DNA of 64,000 nucleotides from Lepidodermella squamata (GCA_047495785.1 JBLDXI010000028.1:1798001-1862000); one strand, 5' to 3'. Shown: positions 36,025 to 46,432, numbered from the stretch's first letter. Numbers and translations: made by a program. Notes: generated by a model from the letters alone, not told the origin.

Positions 36025-38230
36025 AGTTTCGATAGTATTTGCCAGGGCATGTGCAAAAAAATGTAACTGGCACAATAATAATATTGAATCAGGCGAAACT
36101 AGTACTTGGGAATAGTACAACCCAATCGCGAATTGATCGTAGAGAATGGGTTGGGTTTCCAAACAAAATTGAGCGAGGGAGCAATTAAGACGGAAATAAA
36201 TTAGATCTTGCAATTTCTCAATTTTTCTTCGCGTGCGTCTCAAATAATCCGAAACAGTGTTCAGACTTTTGCCCACTGGACCACGCTCAGTGGCAGGCAC
36301 GAAAATTATTCCTCATCCTTCCATATTCCATATTCCATATTATAAAAATACTCCGTTGAGTAAAGGGGTAGGGGTATAGTTAATCGGCGTACAATTTTCA
36401 AACCTTATGAAGCCAGCCAGGTTTAGGAATTTTTTTGAGTTAACAATTCACAATTTTTTTGCATTTCCATCTTGTTTTCTATTCCCCTAAGCCAACAGTT
36501 CGTATTTTCATTAGTGCCAATTTTGAATAATCTGGAATCTGTCCGAAAGGAAGCTAGAAGGAGACCTAAAATTCCTTCCTATTAAGAAAAACACCAGCTT
36601 CGAGATGCTTATTTTCGCATTTACAGAGACGAATCGCCGAAAAATCGGCTCGCTCCGCTCGCATTATATTTCGTTAGGTTATTTTTTGTTTTCTTTTTTT
36701 TTAGCAATATAAAAGACCTTACTCCATAGAACAGCATCGAAGACTTTAGGCTTTTAGCTTCAGGGAATTATATCAGTGATTTTTTAATCGCGTATCAACT
36801 AGTTTCGCGAGCTTCGAACCAGTGGACCAGTGGCTTAGCGAAAAAATCAAAAAATCACAATTTATTCCAAATTCGCGTACAATTTTTTGCAATTTCTTTC
36901 CAGTGGCAGACACTTTCTAGTCACGAAAAAAAATCGGAGAGCTAATCTGAAATTGGGCAAACGCGTGTTAAATTTCCAAAATTGAAAAATTATGGATTTA
37001 CAGGTAAAATTTCACTTCGGTTTCCAATTTCCGGAGAGCAAAACTGTTTTCATCAGACATCAGACATATTCTTTTATCAGACATATTCAGACCAATGTCT
37101 TCTTTTATCAGACATATGTCTTATTTCCACCAGAAATGTCAAATTTTAGGTTGTCGGATAAAATGAAGACAAAGGTACGTCTGACGAAAAAATTCATAAA
37201 CAAATTTGTAGAACGAAAGCTATATTTAACTTTTGAAATACATATTATTGCCCAACCTTACGATACGTTGGGAAATTTAAATTGCGAGGCAGTTGTAATT
37301 AAGGTTTGGAGTAAATGCTGTTAAAATTGAGTCGCACTTCGGATGAAATCATTCACGTGCCGGATGACTAATTTACTTACCTTTGAGAAAATCTGGGGTT
37401 ACAGGAGGCATGGCGTACCGAATGGCTCTTAGATATTTCTCAGCAATTTCATCGTAGCCCAAATGCGTGAAAGCCATGGCGCACAACTGGCACGCCCGGG
37501 CTGAATTTTTGTCGATTTGAAACGCCAACTTCGAGTAGACGGCCGCTTCCTCGAACTGTTGCAGCCGAATCAAACACAGCGCGGCATTTGTGTAGAAACG
37601 AGTGTCGCTGGGCGGCGGCCAGTCGCTCGAACAAATCGCCGATTTGTATGTCTCAAAGGCGCCGAGGAAATCTTCAGCTTCGTACAATTTGTTGCCCTCA
37701 AGACGCAGCTTTTCTTGCTTATCGGCGATTTCTTTTAGGGAGGATTCACCACCGCTCAGTTCGGTTCGAATATTCTTGTGTAGTTGCGTAACATCGCTGA
37801 CTGATTTGATACCGATTAACAAATTTAGTGTTTCCGATACGTCTGCATTCGGCGAAGAAATTCTATCACCGTACTCGAATTTACCGAACAAAGCCTCGAA
37901 GGTTTTCATGATAATATCTACAAAACACACGAGGAAAAAGATGAAAGTGAAAAAATTTAGAACCTATTATTTTTGTTTGACAGGGCAAACAGAAAACCAC
38001 AGCCCTAAATAGCAGCTAATGATGGCGTTTGTCCATCTACAGTAAAGAGCCTTTCGACCTTATTTTATTATAACGGAAGTTTTCGTCTATTGCTCTAAAC
38101 GTAATTTTTTTTATGAATGAAGTGCGCGCCTGAACGGCACGTTTAGGGGCACGCGTTATTATTGCTTTGACCTCATTGCCGATTCGCCGTATATTTTCGG
38201 CGAGCAATATGGATATTCGGCGAGGGTCAC

Positions 38231-39091
38231 ATTTTTTTTAACATCAAATTTACTTTTTTCAACATCAAATTACTTTTTCTATCATCAAACTCTTTTTTCA
38301 ACAGCAAATTTCGATATGTTAATTTTCGCGATCGACACTCATTAAAGCCCTTGATGATGACCGGTCCGGAAAAATAACAGAAAATTCGGACAAACAATGT
38401 AGTTTGTTGCTGTCGAACCCGTTCAAGAAATTATAGAAAATTGAGTTAGCTGCAATTTTGCAAAGTTACGGACAAATATTTGATTTTTGGCCAAAAAATA
38501 TTGAATTTTTTAATATTTGTCTGAATAATTTTACGATTCTTATTTTTGCGAAGACAATGATTCAAATGAGTGAAATTAGTCAGGGCCCTTCAAGGTCAAG
38601 TCGCCGGAACGTTTTACGCCGTCTTGTGACGCTGCTTCGCCCCGGATGCCATCAGCACCCATGTCTCGCCGTCGAGATGCAACTTTGCCTGGCACTGACA
38701 TCGTTCGTAGCCGGACTTTCGCTTGTCTGACAATAGCGACAATAACAATAGTTGATGTCGTCACCGTTTGCAAGGTCTCTTTATAATTCAAAATGTCTTT
38801 CAACCACTATGAATCGCCAAAAAATCCAATAATCGATTAGCGCAGACCCCCTGATTTTTGATAATAGCTTCTTTTCTGAGGCGTGCTACTCAGATGTTTT
38901 GTTTATTGGTCTGGCACGAGTCTGGGCCCCGCTATCATCACCTGAGGTGATAGGCACATAAAATCCACAACTTCATCATGAAAGTATATTATATCAAATA
39001 ATAATTTCTGAAGTTTGCTGTTGAAAAAAGAGTTTGATGATAGAAAAAGTAATTTGATGTTGAAAAAAGTAAATTTGATGTTAAAAAAAAT
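38231..39091. repeat. 78-bp perfect inverted repeat pair (38231-38308 / 39014-39091) built of ~20-bp subrepeats
   Basis: Direct comparison shows identity; no target-site duplication seen. Confidence 0.85.
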
Positions 39092-40370
39092 ATTTTCCTT
39101 CGGCGAGGACAGCCACAATTGATTGAAGGAAAAAATGGCTCAACTTTGTTTCAATTTTGACCGATTTTGACCGGCAAGCTGGTGGTACAATCACAATATA
39201 AAAGTCGGAAAAAAACAGTTTTTAAAATTGGTTGGTTCTTTGTTCTTTGATGCGAATCGTACAGTCGCTGAAGTAATTAAAGTTTGAGCACTCATATCGC
39301 TATGATTCGTCACGAATGATGTCAGCAATTTTGTTTGCCGTGCTAACCTCCGGCTTCAGATCATGTTGAGGGCTATTTGGATGCTAGCGGTCACGCAATT
39401 TTTGCTTGATGCTAGATGAATGATTGATTTCCCAAGTCACACGCCTTCTATCATCTTTCTTCAGATGTTGAAAAGGTATCTACTACGCAGTTTATTGAAG
39501 ACTTCTGACGCTCGATTCCCAGCAAATTGGACTTAATTTTCATCTCGGCTTTAATTTCTTTCTGAGTTTAATTTGTTTCTGAGCAGCATATTGATCCAGG
39601 AAATCGAATGAATTGCGAATATTGCAGCTTGCATTCACAGCTTCAAAAGACAAATGAGAGACTAAAAATCAGTGAATTGGCCCATTTTTTGCAACTGGTA
39701 CCCTACAGATACCCTGTCCGAACTCCGTAGGCTGAGGTAGGTTTCTCAATTACTTGGGTCCAGTTTGCTGCAAGCGCGAGCTGGGGATAATTAGCCACAC
39801 AAATCTCCAAAACTCTACTTCGGTCTACGTGCGTCTGTCAAATTTCTACTAGCAATTTGTATGCTATATGTACCTATTGTTGGTTCACGATGGGAGGCTT
39901 CAATTCTCTAGTTGACGCATAGTTGACCGATGAGCCGAAAGGTCAGTCGAATATGGACCTGGTTGCTAACCAACGCCAGCATCCCTTGGCGATCACTTCA
40001 TCCATTCAATTTTTGTGGTGAGTGTGAAACATGTGCGATTAAAGAGGTTCAGGAAACAAGAGCAGAAAACGTTTCATTTGTCCTTATACCTTCGGGTTCA
40101 AAAACCGGCAGTGACAGCAGACAATCCAATAGCTATACCCATGACAGGAAAAGATAAAGGCGCACGCATTTGGTGCAGAGGCGATTGTCAGGTACATTAT
40201 GCGCTCGGTGAGTCGGAAATGACTAACATTTCGGCAAAGTCAGAGTCGAATTTCAGTCACTGGCGAAGAGTTCAGCCACTTCTCGAGTGATTTGCTGGAG
40301 CTATTTTAGTAGAGGAAACCTATTATAACACGAATTCTCAGATACGCATATTTGATCACAGAAAGCTTTA

Positions 40371-42704
40371 ATGCTCATTGAAACTCTAGTTTTATGTTGT
40401 ATTGGAGGTATTGGGGTGATTCTCGCTCAAGACAACTCGTCGGTCTACTTGACGATGCTTGCCTTTCTACCAGCAAGAAACGACAGCCAATTGTCTGCAT
40501 GTGAAGCAGCTGTCAGATTTGTTATCGATTCCGTAAATAGCCGGCAGGATATTCTGCCCGATTTTGTTTTTCGTCTCCAGATAGAAAATGAAGGTCCAGA
40601 GGCCGTTCTCGCTAATTCTGGCGCCATAAGTTTCTACCGAAGACAAAGTGAATGGGCTGAGAGCTTTATGGCTCCAATCGTTTTCGGGCCTACAACGTCA
40701 TGCAACACCGTAGCCTTGACTCTGAAACATCTTCAACTCACGCAATATTCACCGCGTTGTAGCGGACCGGCAATTTCTAGGAAAGCTGATCTTTTCAGTT
40801 CACTTTTCACGGTGCAAACTTCAACTGAATTTAATGTTGTTGCCGGCTTGGCATTCCTCAAGCTCATCGGACAGTGGCGAGAAATCGCGATTTTGACCAA
40901 CGCTAACAACTCGAATGACTATCTTGTTGCAGATCGCATGAATGAAATTGCCAGTAATAATGGTATAGAAGTAGTCCTTTATGACAGCACGTTTGAAATC
41001 AACATTGAAACTGTAACTGCACTCAACATTAGCGACGCAAGAATCATCGTTCTATCGTTATCTACGCGAAACAATTGCTTAAAATTTCTATGCCTCTCTC
41101 ATCTTGTTGGTATGCGGTCTCCATATTATGTTTTTGTCAATTTACTGTGGTGTTCTTTTGAGATGAATCAGCTCGATTTCCCGATAGTTGAAGGCTGCAC
41201 GATAGAGATAGTTTTTGAGCAGCTTGAAATATACTTCTTTACCGGTTCGCTTCCGGTTCCGGTGAATTTGTCTACGTCCTCATCGAGAGCGATATCATCT
41301 TTAGGCCACTCAATTGCTGAGTTCGACAATTATATGAGACCGTATGCCTTGTCACCGGATTTTTCGACGCGATACATTTGTCACGATGCGATTTTGACAG
41401 CCGTTATGAACGCAGACAAAGCAGATCAGATTCTGAGATTGCAGAACCTTAGCTTAGCGGCATTCGAAACGTACCCCGCTTTCGTTGCTGATATTGTGAG
41501 AAATGTTTCAGCTAACACTGATTTGCATGGTTTCCGGCTGGGTCGACTTGCGTTCAAAAAATTAGGCGAAGTATCAAATGACCATTTCTGGATCGTTCAA
41601 ATGAGAAAGGCTACTATTGACCTTCTTGTGAAACTTGAGCGAAAAACGAGTCTTGGCTTCGACTTGAGTAACTACTCAATTATACTGTTGGGGGAACCAA
41701 AATGGCCGTTAAGCAAAGCACCAAAGGATTTATCTGATACAATTGATATCCCGATATTATGCGATCCAAACCAAATAACAACTTTTCTTGCACTTGGTGT
41801 TTCCACCATTCAATGCATTTCGATATATACTTTCATAAGGCGTAAAGCTTCCACAGTTGTATTCAAAACGCGAAGTGCATCTTTACTCCTTTCAATTTGC
41901 CTGCTGATGAACAGCGCGGCTATTCTTATTCCTGTCGGCTCAAACTGGTTCCCAGAGGTTGAATGCAGGATGAGATTTATCGTCTTTGGCATAGCAGTAG
42001 CCTTGATAAAATGTTTCGTCTTCATCCACGGTGCCCGAATATTGGCAGGTATTAAAAGAGTTACTCCTAGTGAGATAACCCTTAGAAAAGTGGATATTGC
42101 TTGTGACAATCGAAAATCTGCTGGAAGGAAACGGAAAGCCCGAGCGAGGAAGACCAAATCCAAGAAGCCTAAGAAGTCTAAAAGTAGTGATTCTACGGTT
42201 ACATTTGATAGCCGAAGTCCATTAATTTCCAAGAAAATAGGATTTGCCTCAGGCTTTTATTTCGCCTTTAAAGTGGCGATCCTAATTGGATTCTCAAGCC
42301 TTTTCAGGGCTCAAATCGAATTCAGTGTATCACTACCACACTTTGACGCGTATATGGATGCGTATATTGATTTCGTCGAGACATACTGTTTTACACCTCA
42401 TTTGATTGAACTGGTAGCTATGCTTTTCTCGACCGACTTCGTTTTGATGATTGGCACTCTGTTCATTTGTAACAGGGTAGGATATTATAAGTTGGAAAAT
42501 ACTTTGCGACTAGAATTCAAGGCCATCTCACTTGCAGCAGTGAATCAATGTGTCTTGTTGATGGGTTTTTTACTGGTTTTTGTAACTCTTACAACTTCAG
42601 CGTCATTTTGTGGTAAAGCGTTGCTGTTGTCCGCCTGGCTTCTTATATATTCCATCAGCACTTTCGCCATTTTTGTATTGCCCAAGTTGAGAAGGGAGCC
42701 ATGA
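40371..42704 (+). CDS. Class C GPCR, GABA-B-like (Venus flytrap + 7TM), intronless, 777 aa
   Basis: Signal peptide; ANF-receptor/VFT motifs (VNSRQDILPDF, IVFGP..C, DARIIV, HDA); WP...PKD stalk with no Cys-rich domain; seven hydrophobic segments ending FVLPKL. Confidence 0.9.
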   Translation: MLIETLVLCCIGGIGVILAQDNSSVYLTMLAFLPARNDSQLSACEAAVRFVIDSVNSRQDILPDFVFRLQIENEGPEAVLANSGAISFYRRQSEWAESFMAPIVFGPTTSCNTVALTLKHLQLTQYSPRCSGPAISRKADLFSSLFTVQTSTEFNVVAGLAFLKLIGQWREIAILTNANNSNDYLVADRMNEIASNNGIEVVLYDSTFEINIETVTALNISDARIIVLSLSTRNNCLKFLCLSHLVGMRSPYYVFVNLLWCSFEMNQLDFPIVEGCTIEIVFEQLEIYFFTGSLPVPVNLSTSSSRAISSLGHSIAEFDNYMRPYALSPDFSTRYICHDAILTAVMNADKADQILRLQNLSLAAFETYPAFVADIVRNVSANTDLHGFRLGRLAFKKLGEVSNDHFWIVQMRKATIDLLVKLERKTSLGFDLSNYSIILLGEPKWPLSKAPKDLSDTIDIPILCDPNQITTFLALGVSTIQCISIYTFIRRKASTVVFKTRSASLLLSICLLMNSAAILIPVGSNWFPEVECRMRFIVFGIAVALIKCFVFIHGARILAGIKRVTPSEITLRKVDIACDNRKSAGRKRKARARKTKSKKPKKSKSSDSTVTFDSRSPLISKKIGFASGFYFAFKVAILIGFSSLFRAQIEFSVSLPHFDAYMDAYIDFVETYCFTPHLIELVAMLFSTDFVLMIGTLFICNRVGYYKLENTLRLEFKAISLAAVNQCVLLMGFLLVFVTLTTSASFCGKALLLSAWLLIYSISTFAIFVLPKLRREP

Positions 42705-43213
42705 GCCATGAGTCAAGAGACAAAGATGCTGCTGTATGGTCCGATTATAATTCTATAGCCAATCTAATAAACTGCAGAAGCAACCTATTGTTTTGGAAAA
42801 TCTACCAAAACAATTTCCCTCTTCAAACCCGCGTAAATGTTGAGTTTTTTTAATTAATTAGATTTGCTAACTGAAGTTACTTAAGCTGTTCTCTGTTTAT
42901 TGCGAAGCTAAGGATTTCGTGCTGTAATCATGAACCGAGGGATAGCGAGCTGCTCACTAGTTGAAATCATCGTGGCTCTCATGTGATACAACTGAATACT
43001 GGATTATATTGAACTTGAACGGACGAGTCGGGCAGTGTTATTTTACTTGCTGATATTTTCGAAAGTCAGCACACATGATGAGTGAGCGTGGCGACGGGAA
43101 GCGTGTGGTGAGCATTCTTCGCCACTTTGGCGCCCTACGTCGTTTCATGTTTCAAAGTTGAGATCTGCAGTGTTGTTTAGCATCATTTTCATCAGCAGCA
43201 TCATTTTCTGAAA

Positions 43214-45583
43214 ATGAATTTCTGCGAAAGTTGTATTTGCATGGTTCTAGTCATTCTTTTGTTAAAGGAAATCGGGTCAACGGCTAACCCTGTATACCTT
43301 ACGATGCTTGCGCTTTTACCTCCAAGTGACAATAGTTCGTATAACGGATCTTTAGCGTGCGAGGCTGCCGTGAGATACGTTATTGATATCGTTAATCCAA
43401 GGCATGACATTCTTCCCGACTTTATTTTCCGGCTCCAAATCGAAAATGAAGGCCCTTCTGCTGTACTCGCAAACTATGGAGCGATGAATTTTTACAGACG
43501 GCAGAAAGAGCTGGTGGATAGTGCAATGGCGCCGATAGTTTTCGGGCCTACAACGGCGTGTTTCAACGTTGCTCTCACGTTGAAACACCTTGAACTAACG
43601 CAGTATTCACCCCGTTGCAGTGGTCCGGCAATCGCAAGGAAGCCGGATCTTTATAACTCTTTCTTCACCGTTCAAACAGCAGCTGAGTTCAATGTTATGG
43701 CAGCACTTGCTTTCATCAAAAAAATCGGTCATTGGCGCGAAATAGCCATTTTAACGAATGCGAATAATTCGAATGAATACCTCGTCGCTCAAAGCATGAA
43801 CGAAGTTGCCAGCAAAAATGAAGTATCAGTCATACATTATGATAGCACCTACGACATCAATTTGGATACTATTGCGGCTCTCAATGCCAGTAATGCAAGA
43901 ATTATAGTCATGTCCTTGGCTTCTAGCGCGAACTGTATTCAGGTGCTCTGCCTTTCCTACTTCGTCGGCGTGAAATCTCCATATTTCGCATTCATCAACC
44001 TGTTATGGTGCCCCATAGAGATTTCTCGACCGGACTTGGTGCTTCCCGACGGATGCACGAAAAACATGTTAATGGCGCAGCTAAACATTTACTTCTTTAC
44101 TGGTTCAGTTCCGATTGCATACAACTCATCCGCTACTCACGTAACGAGCCTAGGCTATACCATGGCAGATTTCGAAGCTTACATGAAGCCTTATGCGATG
44201 ACGTCAGATTTTTTCACTCGATTTGTTTGCCACGATGCGATATTAACAGCAATAATGAACGCAGACAAAGCAGATCGTATTTTGAAAGCCAAATATAACG
44301 GAAGCTTGGCTAGTTTTGAGACAGATCCTACTTTGGTAGCCGAAGTGGTTAGGTATGTCTCCAGCAACACAGAAGTGAACGGGCTGAGGCTTGGAAAGCT
44401 GGCATTTCGAAAACTAGGAGAGATTCTGTACGATGACCAATGGATTGTTCAAATGAGGAGCGGTACTCCGAATTTCCTCGCAAAATTGGTGCGCAGAAGA
44501 AATGATAGTTTCAAGCTGAACAGCTACGAATTCATAGCTTTAAAAGAGCCGAATTGGCCCTCAGGGAAACCACCGAAGGATTTGTCCGAAACTCTTCACT
44601 TTTCAGAGGTGTGTGATTCATTTGGACTGACATCAATCCCAGCAATTCTAATCTCAATTCCACAGCTTTATGTCACTTACACCGCCCTGCGAAGGAAAGT
44701 TCCTTATATTGTATTTAACAGCAATAGCATGGTCTATTTGATGGCAATGTGCTTATCCCTAAATGTGGTGGCTTTGATGATACCTCTGGGGGCTAATTTC
44801 TTCCCTGATATTGGATGCATGATTCAGAATATGCTATTCATCTTATCCAATTCGTTTCTGCACGCTTTTGTGTACATTCATGTCGCCAGCTTAATTTCTG
44901 GAATAAGAATTACCCCAGTTATTATCGCTATTACTGGAAGTCCATTCGCCCAACGAGCATTCGATGTTGCTGATTCGCCGCGCCAGAATCGAGGGCTGAG
45001 AATCCGGCAGAGAAATCATCACTACAGGGAGCCTAGCCCTGACGCGAGGAAGATAGCCCGGCTAGCCGTACCTTCCATTGGAGCTGTCAAGTTGTCGAAA
45101 ATGTCTATCCTAGTTGCTGTCAGCTATATTGCGATTAAACTTGCATTGATCCTGATCGGAGTTACCTTGTTTCCCGTTCAACATGTTACATCAATTTCAA
45201 ACCCGTATTTTGAAGCGGCTGTAGATGCTTATGTCGATTACAGCAAGAATATTTGTACTATGCTCCACATCGGCGAATTCCAGATCGCCCTGTTTGCAAT
45301 AGATGTCACGCTTATGATTTGTTGCTTGTTCTTGTGCCAACAATTGAAGAACGTACAACATCCTAAAGCCGTACATCATGAGTTTGTTTCGGTTACTCTC
45401 GCCTCTGTTAATCAGTTTGCTCTGCTGCTGGCTTTTACCTTTATATTCATGGTTCTGTCTGATGAAACCAAGTCATGTGGCAAACTGCTGTCAACAGCTG
45501 CCGGATTGATGCTGCTTTCATCCTCGACATTCGCTGTTTACTTTGTGCCCATCTTGCGAAGCAGCGATGTTGTACCAGTGTGA
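43214..45583 (+). CDS. Class C GPCR, GABA-B-like paralog 2, intronless, 789 aa
   Basis: Collinear with paralog 1 (MAPIVFGPTT, WREIAILTNANNSNEY, CHDAILTAIMNADKAD); 7TM. Confidence 0.9.
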   Translation: MNFCESCICMVLVILLLKEIGSTANPVYLTMLALLPPSDNSSYNGSLACEAAVRYVIDIVNPRHDILPDFIFRLQIENEGPSAVLANYGAMNFYRRQKELVDSAMAPIVFGPTTACFNVALTLKHLELTQYSPRCSGPAIARKPDLYNSFFTVQTAAEFNVMAALAFIKKIGHWREIAILTNANNSNEYLVAQSMNEVASKNEVSVIHYDSTYDINLDTIAALNASNARIIVMSLASSANCIQVLCLSYFVGVKSPYFAFINLLWCPIEISRPDLVLPDGCTKNMLMAQLNIYFFTGSVPIAYNSSATHVTSLGYTMADFEAYMKPYAMTSDFFTRFVCHDAILTAIMNADKADRILKAKYNGSLASFETDPTLVAEVVRYVSSNTEVNGLRLGKLAFRKLGEILYDDQWIVQMRSGTPNFLAKLVRRRNDSFKLNSYEFIALKEPNWPSGKPPKDLSETLHFSEVCDSFGLTSIPAILISIPQLYVTYTALRRKVPYIVFNSNSMVYLMAMCLSLNVVALMIPLGANFFPDIGCMIQNMLFILSNSFLHAFVYIHVASLISGIRITPVIIAITGSPFAQRAFDVADSPRQNRGLRIRQRNHHYREPSPDARKIARLAVPSIGAVKLSKMSILVAVSYIAIKLALILIGVTLFPVQHVTSISNPYFEAAVDAYVDYSKNICTMLHIGEFQIALFAIDVTLMICCLFLCQQLKNVQHPKAVHHEFVSVTLASVNQFALLLAFTFIFMVLSDETKSCGKLLSTAAGLMLLSSSTFAVYFVPILRSSDVVPV

Positions 45584-45711
45584 TCAACTAGCAGCCAGCT
45601 TTCAGTTCATTTCAGTTGGCGTGGTTTGTAATATGCTATTAGGCAGTCCTCTTACTAATAAACAAGCTAATATTTATCAATCAATCTGAACATAGATCAA
45701 GCTTTTAGCAG

Positions 45712-45830
45712 GTGACAAAATCGAGTCGCTCGGCGCCCTTCAATAACAAAGGTGGTAGGCTGCTGACAACCAAGCGGGAGCAGATGACCCTGTGGGCCGG
45801 GCACCTCAACAATGTGCCAAAGCCTGAGAT
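45712..45830 (+). mobile_element. RTE-like LINE linker scrap
   Basis: NNKGGRLLTTKREQMTLWAGHLN resembles KDxxGxLLTxxxExxxRWxEHF. Confidence 0.55.
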
Positions 45831-46432
45831 AAAAGCTTTGCCAATCTTCGGTAAATTCGGCGACGCATGTATCTGTGTAGTGCTTTTCTCTAAAGCCGTG
45901 CTAGGCTGATGTCCAGAACTTGAAACTTGACAGGTGCGCTTTTCACTGGAAGACTCGAATGTGCGCGCGATTGCAGATGTGATGGAGATGGGTCGGTGAT
46001 TGCAAACATCCGTTCTGCTTCCAGTTATGAGATTTGCTGCCCATTAGAAACTTTCCAATCTTAAAAGAAAATTCTTTCGTTAAAAATAAAAATATTGAAA
46101 AGTATTGCCAAGTGCGTGGGTTTCGCCATCATCAAGACGCATTCAGGTCACGAGCTTTATCGGAAAAATCGGAAACATAATGGCCATTCATCGCCCACAC
46201 ATTCCATTTCGTGACTAATGCTTTACTGTTTCCCTTAAAATGACGACAATACTGGACATATAGATGGTGATATATATGGATAGGATAAAAGCTTCCGTCT
46301 TGCCGAAATCCAATAACTTGCTTAGAAAATGACGCCCATGCTTCAAAATATTGAATTCATTTATTGTTGACATTATGAAGTGGACCAGTCATAAACTTTA
46401 AACATATCAGATTTTCTGCACTTCGCTTTGAA

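Larger units (their letters stand above)
29693..37909 (-). pseudogene. TPR-family copy A; exons 37381-37909, 33197-33997, 29693-30202; frameshift early in exon 3
   Basis: Exons 1-2 intact (529 and 801 nt; introns 3383 and 2994 nt). A 7-bp tandem duplication at 30152-30165 shifts exon 3 into a stop. Confidence 0.75.

Noticed and set aside
35633-36300. Duplicated short ORFs (MAEKHWRKRGRT...)
   Set aside because: By-products of the inverted duplication.
920-37930. TPR, middle and C-terminal ORFs read as three separate gene families or a prokaryote-like multi-gene system
   Set aside because: They join in frame through canonical splice sites and are continuous in copy B.
39300-40290. Coding-like composition upstream of the first GPCR
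   Set aside because: Only short ORFs and no recognisable motif.
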